From contig JAANOX010000269.1 in the NCBI GenBank assembly GCA_020184695.1, forward strand, positions 124,001 to 188,000: DNA of 64,000 nucleotides, given 5' to 3'. Source of the DNA: Histomonas meleagridis 2922-C6/04-290x. Taxonomy: Eukaryota; Protista; Parabasalia. Shown in pieces: positions 1 to 10,867 of the stretch. The notes under the pieces were generated by a model that saw only the letters and a program-made list of their open reading frames with translations, had not been told where the DNA came from and did no database searches. The position numbers and the translations under genes were made by a program. Positions within the stretch are counted from its first letter, which is position 1; the number at the start of each line of letters is the position of its first letter.

Positions 1-24
1 AAGTGGCATTTTTTTGTATTTGGG

Positions 25-624
25 ATGTGTGAGGATCCTCGAAATATAACAATTGCTGTTGTAGGAGATTCGCTTGTTGGGAAAACAGCAGTTGTATCAC
101 GTTTTGTTGATGGAACTTTCCAAGAGACAACAGCAACTATCGCTTTAAATGCATTATCCAAAAAAGTTGTTATAGATGATAAAGAGCTTAACATTAAAGT
201 CTTTGATACTCCTTCACAACGGAAACAATATAAAAACCTTTTGAGGTCTTGCTATCGTGATTCTGATATTATTATAATTGTTTTTGCTGTAGGAGATCCT
301 GAAACTGATGAAATAAGTCAGACATCATTCGAATCTTTAGAAGGATGGCTTGTTGATGCACAAAGTTCCAAACCAGATGCTATTTTTTGTTTTTGCGGAA
401 ATTTGAAAGATATCAAACCCCGCAAAATAACGCACGAAGCAGCGGTCAAAAGAGTTGAAGAATTATGTAAAAAGTGCATGTACTTTGAAACGAGCGCTGC
501 AACTGGAGATGGTGTTGATGACATGTTCATCTCTTTGATCAAAAAGTATATTCAACAAAAAGATGCTAAAAACCCCGAAGAACCTCAAGAAAAAAATAAT
601 GGTTCACCTTGCACCATCTTTTGA
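25..624 (+). CDS. Divergent Rab/Ras-family small GTPase with C-terminal CaaX (CTIF)
   Basis: G1 GDSLVGKT, altered G3 DTPSQ, G4-like NLKD, G5 ETSA, ends CTIF. Confidence 0.9.
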   Translation: MCEDPRNITIAVVGDSLVGKTAVVSRFVDGTFQETTATIALNALSKKVVIDDKELNIKVFDTPSQRKQYKNLLRSCYRDSDIIIIVFAVGDPETDEISQTSFESLEGWLVDAQSSKPDAIFCFCGNLKDIKPRKITHEAAVKRVEELCKKCMYFETSAATGDGVDDMFISLIKKYIQQKDAKNPEEPQEKNNGSPCTIF

Positions 625-697
625 TTCTAAATTTTTTGAACAATTTATGACAAAGCAACGAGTATTTTTATCAAAATAAGTATCAATAATTTGTCAT

Positions 698-1829
698 ATG
701 AACGAAGAAGATTTTGCGATGATTTCCATTGACATCCAATTGGAAGATGTTTTACCTAAATAAACCACTGAATTTTTGAATATTAAAGGACACGTTAAGG
801 AAACCGTTAAACCAATCCGCATTGGCAGGAAAAGTTATATATCTTCTTTTAATATTATTTTTAAAATATCGATCAATCAAAGCAGAATACCAATGGGATT
901 TAGATGCTTGGAGCCGTTTTCTCAACGATACTCTTTCCCAATCAATAATACTATACATTTTTTATTCAAATGATATTCTTAGCAGATTTTATAAAGAATT
1001 TTTAAAATGTGATCCTGACAAATTTGGCGATGATCCTGGCTCCAAAGTTAGTCTTTTTCTAAATTTTTTAACATTTGCTACATCTAAAACCAATTTTGTA
1101 CCTGATGTACTACTTCCAGTTCTTACATTTCATTTTATCCATGTCAATATTTTTTATCTTCGTTCATATATTGATTCATTTCGGGTTCAATTATTTCTTC
1201 CACCTGAATACATTCATAGTCGTATCATAATTTTCCATATTTTTATCTCTCTTTTATTTTTATTCATAGGTCTTTATCATATCAAATCCTTTTTGACAAC
1301 GCATTCACGATTTTCGCTAACATTTGGCATCAAATTTATTGAAGAATTTCTTGTAATTGTTCGACAATTCATTGAACATTTATTATTTCTTATTGATCGC
1401 CCCAACTTTGGTTCATCTCCATTCATTGAAACACTTCGAAAAAACTTCAACTTAATCATTTCTCTTATTGCGATCATAACATGTGCGCTTCCATCAATTG
1501 TTTTACGATATTTATATTATAAATTCACGTACAATGACTTCTTGTTCTTCGTTGCATATTGCCTCCCATTAATTGGGCACGCGCTTGCTGTTTGGCTCGA
1601 AAATGATTCGCCGCATCAGAATAACTTTTATCGATTTGATGACGCGGACGAAGAAGACTTAAACAATGAATGCACGTGTATCATATGTAGACAAGTAATG
1701 GTAATTGGTAACGCAAAAAAATTGCCGTGCGGACATTGCTGCCATTCCGAATGTTTGGAGAGATGGATCGATAATCATCCGTATTGCCCCATTTGTAGAG
1801 CACATTTCGATGAATTGGAACATGAATAA
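698..1829 (+). CDS. Multi-pass membrane RING-H2 E3 ubiquitin ligase (Hrd1/gp78-like); 5' end needs a 40-nt excision or is broken
   Basis: Several hydrophobic helices, then CIIC...LPCGHCCHSECLERWIDNHPYCPICR. The ORF 822-1829 has no Met until about aa 295. ATG at 698 joins it in frame if 749-788 (GT..AG) is removed. Confidence 0.75.
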
Positions 1830-2053
1830 TATAATTAATAAATATTTTGTTAATTTATTTCGTTTTTTACATGGAATTTGTATAAATTGATTGAATGATA
1901 TAAATTAGTTGAAAATGATAAACATACAAATATTGTTAATGTATAATGATATTGGAATTATAGCTGCTGATATAAAATGAAAAATATGTAGATTGACACT
2001 CATTGAATATACGATAATGGTTAATATATTCCAAATTAACATATAATTAACGT

Positions 2054-2912
2054 TTATTTGATTAAACAAATTTCATTAGTACTATTTTCACTTTGAGATT
2101 GGCTGATTAATTTCTTTATTTTAATAGAATCAGCTAAAGTTAATGCTGTTTCAAATAATATATATAATTTTCAAATATTATTTTGAAATTCTAAATTATT
2201 ATAATAAATTTTAAATAAAACAAATAAATATCTTTAGCATTAATATCAGTTCCTTCTTGTTCAAGAAGTAATTTAACGATTTCTGTATGACCATTTTTAG
2301 ATGCCAATATAAGTGCTGTTCTAAATAATTTAAACAATTTCTAAATATTATTTCGAAATATTAAATTATTAATACAAATTTTAAATTAAAGAAATAAATA
2401 TCTTTAGCATTAATATCAATTCCTTCTTGTTCAAGAAGTAATTTAACGATTTCTGTATGACCATTTTCAGTTGCTATCATGAGTGCTGTTCTAAATAATT
2501 TAAATAATTTCCAAATATTATTTTGAAATATAAAATGATTAACATAAATTTTAAATAAAACAAATATTTTTCTTGAGCATTAATATCAATTCCTTCTTGT
2601 TCAAGAAGTAATTTAACGATTTCTAATTTACCATTTTCAGTTGCTATCATGAGTGCTGTTCTAAATAATTTAAATAATTTCCAAATATTATTTTGAAATA
2701 TAAAATGATTAACATAAATTTTAAATAAAACAAATATTTTTCTTGAGCATTAATATCAATTCCTTCTTGTTCAAGAAGTAATTTAACGATTTCTAATTTA
2801 CCATTTTCAGTTGCTATCATGAGTGCTGTTCTAAATAATTTAAATAATTTCCAAATATTATTTTGAAATATAAAATTATTAAAATAAACATCAAATAAAA
2901 CAAATAAATATC
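2054..2912 (-). repeat. Ankyrin module/80-nt spacer array A, period 170 bp
   Basis: Thr codons of TAL at 2829, 2659, 2489, 2319 and 2149; 2461-2630 and 2631-2800 are identical. Confidence 0.92.
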
Positions 2913-4124
2913 TTTAGCATTAATATCAATTCCTTTTTGATTAAGGATGAATTTGTTAAATTCGATATTTCCGGATTTTGCAGATAAAGTTAATATATCT
3001 TTTGGAATTTCACAGCTTTCTAAAAAATAAATCATAAGAAATGTATTATAATCTAATGCAGTTACTCTAATCAAAGAATCACATATTCCCATTCCTTCTT
3101 TAAGCAAAAATGAAAATATTTCATAATTACTATATATTATACATTTTTCCCCTAAATTACTTAAACTATCTAATTTATTTATTTTATTTTCGTAAAAATA
3201 TTTAAAAAAGTCATTTCAATGAAATTCAATTGCGGTCTCAAGAGCACACTCAAATGTTGAATGATTTTGTTCACATAAATGAATAATTTCTTCATTTCCA
3301 CCTGCAACTGCATATTTACCTGTGTTATTTACTTTTGCATTATTCATAAGTAAATATTTAAAACATTTAATTGATCCAAAAAATGCTGCATAATCAATTA
3401 ATGTAACATTTTCCTGCTCATGATTTATAAATGAACATCTTTCATAAAGTGATGGTTCAATTCTTTGATTAAAATCAAAATTTGGTTGTGATGACATTTC
3501 TTGAAGTTTATCGATCTCATCATTTCGAATTATTTTCGCAATTTCATTCGGATTAACTCCTTCTTTAACTAGTCTTTTTTGAAGTTTCCAATTATTCTTT
3601 GAAAGCATTTTGTGATCTCTCAAGAAGAATTGTTTTCCAAAAGGACAAGAATAAATTACGTCCACCATAACAAAGTTTGTTGCACTGTCTTCAAAACTTT
3701 CTAATTCTTTGGCTGTTTTATAATGTGCAAAATACAATGTTTCTTTCTTTTTTAATATTATTGGATTAATGATATTTTCTTCGACCATTTTTTCAAGAAG
3801 ATAATATGATTCTTGAGTTTCTAAACCCAAAAGAAACTGCATAAAGACATTAAAAACCCTAACATTGTCTTTATTAATATTTTCTTCCTCTGCTTCTATT
3901 GATTGAATTAATTGAAAATAAAATTTATAATCGTATTTTAGTATAACAAAATGTAAATATATTAATTTACAAAGAATAAGATTAAATGAGTATGGAAAAC
4001 TAAAATTAAATAAAGAAATGATTGAATGAACAGTAGATAAACAATTATCATCATTCAAATCAAATATAATTTTCTCTAAAGATTGCAGTAATTTGGTACA
4101 TTCTTGATTTTGTTGTGTATTCAT
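2054..4124 (-). pseudogene. DUF3447-like + spacer-interrupted ankyrin gene (locus A) with one in-frame TGA
   Basis: NPNEIAKIIRNDE...LIDYAAFFGSIKCFKYL...YAVAGGNEEIIHLCEQ. TGA at 3216-3218 sits where paralogs have Arg (FHRND), and the same frame continues to 2817. Ankyrin modules follow, separated by five 80-nt spacers, with terminal ETALTLADSIKIKKLISQSQSENSTNEICLIK*. Confidence 0.7.
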
Positions 4125-4484
4125 ATAGATTAGATATCTAATCAAAGTTTGTGAAATAAATTTGTATGTTTTTTGATCGTATTAGAAATTTCAATGGTTT
4201 ATTATTCCTCATGAATGGACCACAAAATTTTCCCAATAGAACAATAAAGCATAATTTTTTTCAGTACAACATGTTAAAACAAACAAGTTATTTAAGCATC
4301 TTTATACAAAATATTAGGGTTAACCCTTGTGAGATCTTTTCAATCTTTTATTGATTAACCTTTCATTGTTTCATTTTAAGCTTAAAAATAGTTGCTCGCT
4401 TTTGGACTATAAAAAATTTCAAGCCATTACTTTTTTATTGAACATTCTTATGAGAATTGAAATAGGAAACGACTTTTATATACA

Positions 4485-5048
4485 TTAGCAGCATTTTTTA
4501 TCACTTTTTTCTTTTTCGTCATTAGGTATGGGTGGTGTGTAATCTTGTTGTTGATCTACTACTGAAACATCATCTGCACATGTATCAAAAAGAAGATTAA
4601 CATTTTCTCCTGTTTTTGCAGAGACGCAAAAGTTTGCTTTAAATTTGTCGCCAAAAGCATCAATTTGCTTTTGGACCCAAGAATCACTTTCTACCAAATC
4701 AATCTTGTTCACAACCAAATACAAAATTATTGTAGGGTCTTCACTTACTATTTTGACCCATTTTGTAATTGATGTGAAAGATTTAGGAGAACTTGCATCA
4801 ACAATAATCATTGCTAAACTTGCACCACGAATATAAACAGGTGCTAGTGACTCATATCTTTCTTGACCAGCTGTATCCCAAATTGATAGTTTAACCTCCT
4901 TACCATTTACGTTTACTGTCTTAGATGTATGTTGCACACCAATTGTTGGTTCTTGAGTACTAAAATCGTCAGCAATCCATCTTCTTAGAATTGATGTTTT
5001 ACCAACACTCATATCTCCTAATAATATCACTTTCTTTTCTTGCTGCAT
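4485..5048 (-). CDS. Rab GTPase (Rab5/21-like)
   Basis: [37 protein letters not shown]-terminal CC. Confidence 0.93.
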   Translation of the reverse strand: MQQEKKVILLGDMSVGKTSILRRWIADDFSTQEPTIGVQHTSKTVNVNGKEVKLSIWDTAGQERYESLAPVYIRGASLAMIIVDASSPKSFTSITKWVKIVSEDPTIILYLVVNKIDLVESDSWVQKQIDAFGDKFKANFCVSAKTGENVNLLFDTCADDVSVVDQQQDYTPPIPNDEKEKSDKKCC

Positions 5049-5805
5049 TTACGCAAAAAGAAGTGGCTTTTGCTCAAATGGAGAAAAGATAAACTTTTGA
5101 AAAAGCTTTTCTCGAACAGTTTACCTCTGAATTGAGATGTTGGGCTCCACAGTTACGGTTATAATAACGTTTGAGTTGTTGTAACCACTTTTTCAGAGTG
5201 ATCCAATTCTTTCTTTTGTTTGCACAAATACTGGAACCCCAACAGCACTTTTCGATCGGTTTTGGTCGAGCCACGTTTAAAGAGCGCTGAATTAAATAGA
5301 GCTCTATGAACTGCTTCCATCGACCATCATGTTCGTGACATTTTTAAAAACGCAGTCATTGGTCGTTTTTGTTTTTCAGCAAACTTTTTGCAAAATATAC
5401 ATGAAGATAAGTGATTATTAAGTTACTTTGATGTAATCTTGTTAATTATTTGAATAGTACGATAGTGAATTTGATCAAATAATTTGTATGTACCAAAACG
5501 GTTGCTTCCAGAAAGGAGGAAAAATGAAAAGGTTAATGGAGAAGTAATCTATGAGATATGGGTCAGTGCGTTGTGACTGCCGCTGATATAAATTATATAA
5601 AAATCAATTTGAAAGAATTGGAAATGAATCAGAATTCAATTTTCCACAATTTTTGGAGCCATTCTCCAGCCTTTTTTGATTCGCATCTAATATTATCATA
5701 AATAAACAAATTCATACAATCTTCAAAAAATTGACTTTTCATATCAAATTTTATTCCACATATACAAAGAGTCCAAAAATTATAATACGTCGACATGGAT
5801 TTTTA

Positions 5806-8800
5806 TTATTGAACTATATCGAAAGAATTACAATTCGAACATATATATTCTTCGAACATGAACATTTGATATTCAGGCGAATCCAATGTATCATCCATTA
5901 AATTAAATCTTTCCAACAAAAACTTTATATTTTTATTATTACTTTCAACATTTTTCTCATTAATATTCATCAAATGCAAAATTATTCCTATAAACATATG
6001 CTCAATATCACCGTCCAAATTCTCAACGAATTCCACAATTCCATTTAAAATTTCCACATTTTTTGGCTGGAATTTTAACTTAATTCCGACGATGTATGCA
6101 AAAACAATTTGCGCATCAATCATAACATCATTCGAAAAGTGCAAAGTGACTTTCGATAAAATAATTGGTTTCAAAGAACTTAAAAACAAGTCCGCTAAGT
6201 CATTATCAACCCAAATATTATCATTTGATATGTTAAGATATAAAAACGAATTAATTTTAACATTGTTTTCAATGATTAATTGTAAATCAAAAATCGGATT
6301 TTCAATAAACGAAGAATTAGTTTTAATGTTTTTCGAATTCCGGATAAACAATGTTGAAAAACTTAAAGAAAGTAATTTGTAAAGAATTTCGTTATCAATT
6401 TCATTAAAATTCCATTTCTTAAAAATCGAAATTAAGACATTTTTCTTAAGATTCGTATAATTGACTTCGAAGTAGTTTGATATTTTGTTCATATCATTAA
6501 ATATGTCGATAATTTTGTTTGCAAATTTTTGAGGTATTAATAAATCCAACAAGAAATTTGTGAATTCTTGGATGAAGTTATTTTCATTTTCATTATAAGT
6601 ACATTGATATATCAGTAAAAACCAATAAATAAAGAGATTTTTGTTTAAAATTTTCTCGTTGTTATAACCGATATAATTTTTCAGTTTTTCAATTGAGCTT
6701 AATTTAGCGGTTTTAGTCATTTTCATTGAAAAAATTGAGACGATTTGAAAGTATTCAATTAAATTCTCGTTAATTATCATCAAATAACATTCTTGAACGA
6801 ATAAGAAAGCTAATTCCTCGTTAATATCCATTCCTTCGATCGCCTTAAACAAGTCTTTCATTAAATTCTTATCATTTTTATAACATATCAACCGATTAAT
6901 GATTTTGAACGATATGAATTGAATGTTTATATCATTAAACTTCAAAAACTTAAAATATTCGTCGAAGAAATCGGAATTTAATTCTTTTGGGAATGAATTC
7001 CTATTAAATTCACGTTCAACGAATGTCAAAATATTCGAAATCATTGTATTTGATTTCGAAGTTTTATCGTTTATTAAAATCTTTAAAAATGACGTGTGAT
7101 ACAAAAACGATTTTTTATTTTCGGAAGCTTCAGACAAAAACTTCCAAATTTCGTTATTTATTACGATGATATCATTTTCATTGTAAGGTAAATATTGTAT
7201 TACTTCATAAAACTTATAATATATTTGATCATTTTCCATTAATTGTTTTAACAAATCGGAATATAACAACAAAATCGAAGACAAAATGTTTTTAAAGTAA
7301 TATAAAGCAATATCAATTGTCGATTGTATCCAAAGTTTTGGGTTTAACCAAATGTATTGTAACATTGACAACTTAAACTCTTTCGATGTATAACTCATGA
7401 AAGAGAATAATGAGTTTAAGAAATTCGTTGAGAACATTGAAGGTTTAAATGATTTTATTACGTTATAAAAGATTTGACATCCATTTAACTTTAAGAATTG
7501 ATTTTGGATATCAGAATTATTAAACAACTTCAAAAAACAAAATAATAATTGTTCTTGTAATTGATTATCATCAATTCGAAACAATTCCAAAAAATCTTTA
7601 AATAAATCACTGTTTAAAAATGTGTATTGGATCTTTTGATGATATAATATTGGATAACCTTTATATTTAATATTCGAATTATCGATTTGATTTACATTTA
7701 TTGTATTATTTTCAGTGGATTTCTTCATTTTTATTTTATATATTTTTTTGTTGGTTTGTAAATTATAAATATTCGTGTTGGAAATTGATATGTTTCGATC
7801 ACCAATACTAATGTTTGATGTAGGTGTTAATTGTACTGTTTGGAAATTAATTTCTTCGATTTCATTTAATTTAATACTGTTTTTCATGAACGTAATTTTC
7901 GTTGAATAAAATGTATTAATTTCAAATTTATAATTAAAATTAATTAAATTTTTCTTGTTTTGTGATTCATATTGAATATTCATTAATTGATTTTCAAAAT
8001 ATATAAATAACGATGTGTTTAAATTACTAAAAAGTTGTAATAAAATATGTTTCTTATTATCATTTAGTTTAAATTTGGACTCGAAATACCATTCATCAAT
8101 TGGTAAATTAGTTTTATCAAATTGTTTACATTGTAATGGTTCTTTTAATTGGATATAAAACTTTGGCTCTGTCGATTGATCACTAATATGTTCGAAAACA
8201 TAATTTATAATATTTTGCAATCCATTTCGAATATTTTCATCATGAATTTTCTTAAACAAAAATTTTAATAATTCTGGAGTTGAATTATTACATAAAATAT
8301 AATAAATAATTTCATTTAATTTGTTTAAATTCGAATAATTTATTGTATCCATTAATAATATTCGTGAAAAGTCATCACATGAAATTTGTGAACAATTATA
8401 TTCATTCGATTTAATTAAGTCATAAATATATTGTAAAATTTTCGTTGAATTCGAACTTTTTATAAATATTTTATATATCGCTTTTAATACTGATAAATTA
8501 TTAATATAATTAATTTCCCCAAATTTAGTTTCAGTTCGCATAATAATCGATGTCATTAAGTCTAAATCAAAATTAGGTATTGAAACGTTTTCATATATTT
8601 CAATGAAATCTTCAATTGTTTCATTATTTAAAAATTGTTCTGAAGAATCCAAAAAATTAATTGACAAATTAAATGAATTCGATGTCTTTAATACAATTGG
8701 TATTGTTAATATTACATCAATTAATTCGATATTAAATGAATATTGTTGATTAAATGGTAATATATTTACTAAAAACTTTTGGAATTGATTTAATAAATCT

Positions 8801-10761
8801 AATGTTAAATTAGGTTCAATAGTTAAAAAGTATCTCATTAATTCAGTAATAGCATTAAAGATATGATTATAAATAGGTATTAATGAATCATTTTTATTCT
8901 TTTTAATATAAGATAAGCCGAATAAAAACAAATTAAAAATTATATTAATAAATGGCTTCTTTTTCATAAACTTCTCAATTTTCTCTAAATATTTTGTACT
9001 TCCATAATAAACGAATGGATTCGACATAAATAATGATTGAATGTAATCACTTAATTTCTCACTTAATTCAGTTCCGGGGAAATCATCAATAGTTTCTAAA
9101 ATATATTGTAATAAATCATATAATGAATCAGTATATTTCGAATTTTCATATAATTCGAAGTTTTGTAATAATGTTAAAATGTTATCAATGAAATAATATA
9201 AATTATTTTTTAAGTTTTTCGATGTTAAGTTTTGAATATGTTTTTTAATTGTATTTATTATCATATTTCGAGTTTTATCATTAACTTCATAAAATTTCAT
9301 TGATAAATTTAATGATAAATTAATTAAATGATTAATAAATGTTAACGTCGAATTATTTGTAATCAAATTTTTCGGTATATCGAAAATTATTGATTCGAAA
9401 ATGAATGAAATTTTATTATCCAAAAATTCCAAAATTTTTTCGATGTTTTGTATATTATATATTAAATATAAACAAAACTCTAAAAATATTATATAAGAAT
9501 TTATGTTTTGGTTTTCATTATTTAAGTTCTCGAATATATATTCACAACCAATTGTACTATTTGCAATTGAAGAATTCATTTTGTTACTAATCATTTTTAA
9601 ATGTTTTCGTAATGAATTTAATTCTTCAATTTGTTGATATAAAATTGGTTCTTCAACTTTATTAATATGAACAAATTCTTTTTGTATTATTTCTAACTCT
9701 TTAAATTGATATATTTCATCAATTGTTATAATGTTTGGATTCGGTATTATTATGTTATCTTGCGTAGGAAATTCTAAATAATTTGTTTTGAATTGTTGAA
9801 TCCGCCAAAAAATATAACCTAATGAACATCCAATTGATGTTGGATCATTATTTGAGTTTAATGTCATTAATATTATTGAACATTTTTCATATATTTGAAT
9901 TGGATTATTAATAATAAAATCGTCGCGAATTGGATTTAATAATTTATAACAAATTGTTATTAATTGAGTTTGATCATTTACATTTAATGTTTTGCAATTA
10001 GTACTTTCATATTCTAAAAAAATATTTAATAAATCATAACATGGAAATGGATTAATAGTAAATAAATACATTAGCGATTCATTGATGAAGCTTAAACAGA
10101 ACAAATTTTGTTTCGTGTCTTTTTTTAACTTTTGCTCATAGATTAAACAACTTCCAATTTCTTGTAATAAAAATAAAATCGCATCCCCGTATTTGGTATA
10201 CGAGCGTTTGAAATGATGTCCAATCGATTCAAGAATTGGTGATACAACTGTTAAAAATTGTAAAAATAACTTGTCAGTCTTGGATGAAAAAAACCTGAAA
10301 AAAAATGGTAAATATGTGGGAACTATAGGTGAAAAGCGATTACTTGGTTTCCCTTCAAGTAATAATTGATATTCTTTATCAAACTCAAACGATAAAGATA
10401 TAAGAGTACGCATATTTGATATAATTAAATATTCTTGTAAATTGTTCTCGGATGGTTTAATGGTATATGTACATGAAAATTTTAAAAGTTCAAACTGTGT
10501 TAATTCAATACATGTCTTTAATTCAAAAACATTTCCTAATGCAAGATCAAGATCTTTTTGTGATTTAAACTTTTCTAATATAGACTTAATTTGTGATGAT
10601 GACATATGAGATGTTGAAATTGAGGAAAGAAATGAAAATAATGGTTCTTTCTTAGTTTTCATTAACTTTTTAATATCTTTGCTCGATAGTGGTAATTGCT
10701 TAGTATAATATTCTATCCAAACTGAATGCCTGGGATCTGTGGAAAAAGATTCTTTCGACAT
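5806..10761 (-). CDS. Large helical protein resembling the N-terminal part (ConA-like/DUF4704 region) of neurobeachin/BEACH proteins, with no recognisable PH-BEACH-WD40
   Basis: 1651-aa ORF. A beta-rich segment (WYFESKFKL...ILLQLF...LFIYFEN) is followed by QNQFLKLNGCQIFYNVIK...MLQYIWLNPKLW, which resembles neurobeachin-family sequence. Confidence 0.55.
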   Translation of the reverse strand: MSKESFSTDPRHSVWIEYYTKQLPLSSKDIKKLMKTKKEPLFSFLSSISTSHMSSSQIKSILEKFKSQKDLDLALGNVFELKTCIELTQFELLKFSCTYTIKPSENNLQEYLIISNMRTLISLSFEFDKEYQLLLEGKPSNRFSPIVPTYLPFFFRFFSSKTDKLFLQFLTVVSPILESIGHHFKRSYTKYGDAILFLLQEIGSCLIYEQKLKKDTKQNLFCLSFINESLMYLFTINPFPCYDLLNIFLEYESTNCKTLNVNDQTQLITICYKLLNPIRDDFIINNPIQIYEKCSIILMTLNSNNDPTSIGCSLGYIFWRIQQFKTNYLEFPTQDNIIIPNPNIITIDEIYQFKELEIIQKEFVHINKVEEPILYQQIEELNSLRKHLKMISNKMNSSIANSTIGCEYIFENLNNENQNINSYIIFLEFCLYLIYNIQNIEKILEFLDNKISFIFESIIFDIPKNLITNNSTLTFINHLINLSLNLSMKFYEVNDKTRNMIINTIKKHIQNLTSKNLKNNLYYFIDNILTLLQNFELYENSKYTDSLYDLLQYILETIDDFPGTELSEKLSDYIQSLFMSNPFVYYGSTKYLEKIEKFMKKKPFINIIFNLFLFGLSYIKKNKNDSLIPIYNHIFNAITELMRYFLTIEPNLTLDLLNQFQKFLVNILPFNQQYSFNIELIDVILTIPIVLKTSNSFNLSINFLDSSEQFLNNETIEDFIEIYENVSIPNFDLDLMTSIIMRTETKFGEINYINNLSVLKAIYKIFIKSSNSTKILQYIYDLIKSNEYNCSQISCDDFSRILLMDTINYSNLNKLNEIIYYILCNNSTPELLKFLFKKIHDENIRNGLQNIINYVFEHISDQSTEPKFYIQLKEPLQCKQFDKTNLPIDEWYFESKFKLNDNKKHILLQLFSNLNTSLFIYFENQLMNIQYESQNKKNLINFNYKFEINTFYSTKITFMKNSIKLNEIEEINFQTVQLTPTSNISIGDRNISISNTNIYNLQTNKKIYKIKMKKSTENNTINVNQIDNSNIKYKGYPILYHQKIQYTFLNSDLFKDFLELFRIDDNQLQEQLLFCFLKLFNNSDIQNQFLKLNGCQIFYNVIKSFKPSMFSTNFLNSLFSFMSYTSKEFKLSMLQYIWLNPKLWIQSTIDIALYYFKNILSSILLLYSDLLKQLMENDQIYYKFYEVIQYLPYNENDIIVINNEIWKFLSEASENKKSFLYHTSFLKILINDKTSKSNTMISNILTFVEREFNRNSFPKELNSDFFDEYFKFLKFNDINIQFISFKIINRLICYKNDKNLMKDLFKAIEGMDINEELAFLFVQECYLMIINENLIEYFQIVSIFSMKMTKTAKLSSIEKLKNYIGYNNEKILNKNLFIYWFLLIYQCTYNENENNFIQEFTNFLLDLLIPQKFANKIIDIFNDMNKISNYFEVNYTNLKKNVLISIFKKWNFNEIDNEILYKLLSLSFSTLFIRNSKNIKTNSSFIENPIFDLQLIIENNVKINSFLYLNISNDNIWVDNDLADLFLSSLKPIILSKVTLHFSNDVMIDAQIVFAYIVGIKLKFQPKNVEILNGIVEFVENLDGDIEHMFIGIILHLMNINEKNVESNNKNIKFLLERFNLMDDTLDSPEYQMFMFEEYICSNCNSFDIVQ

Positions 10762-10867
10762 CTAAAACGTTATTTTTAACGTCTCCCGTATTGAATTTTA
10801 ATGTGAAATTGAGTGTTGTAGTCATTCCTTTTCTTTTGTTTTTACTCATTTTTAGTATTGTTTCGCA

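Noticed and set aside
5074-5274. 66-aa Cys/Trp-containing ORF upstream of the Rab gene
   Set aside because: GTG start and no recognisable family; the opposite strand looks like a decayed frame, so it cannot be supported as a gene.
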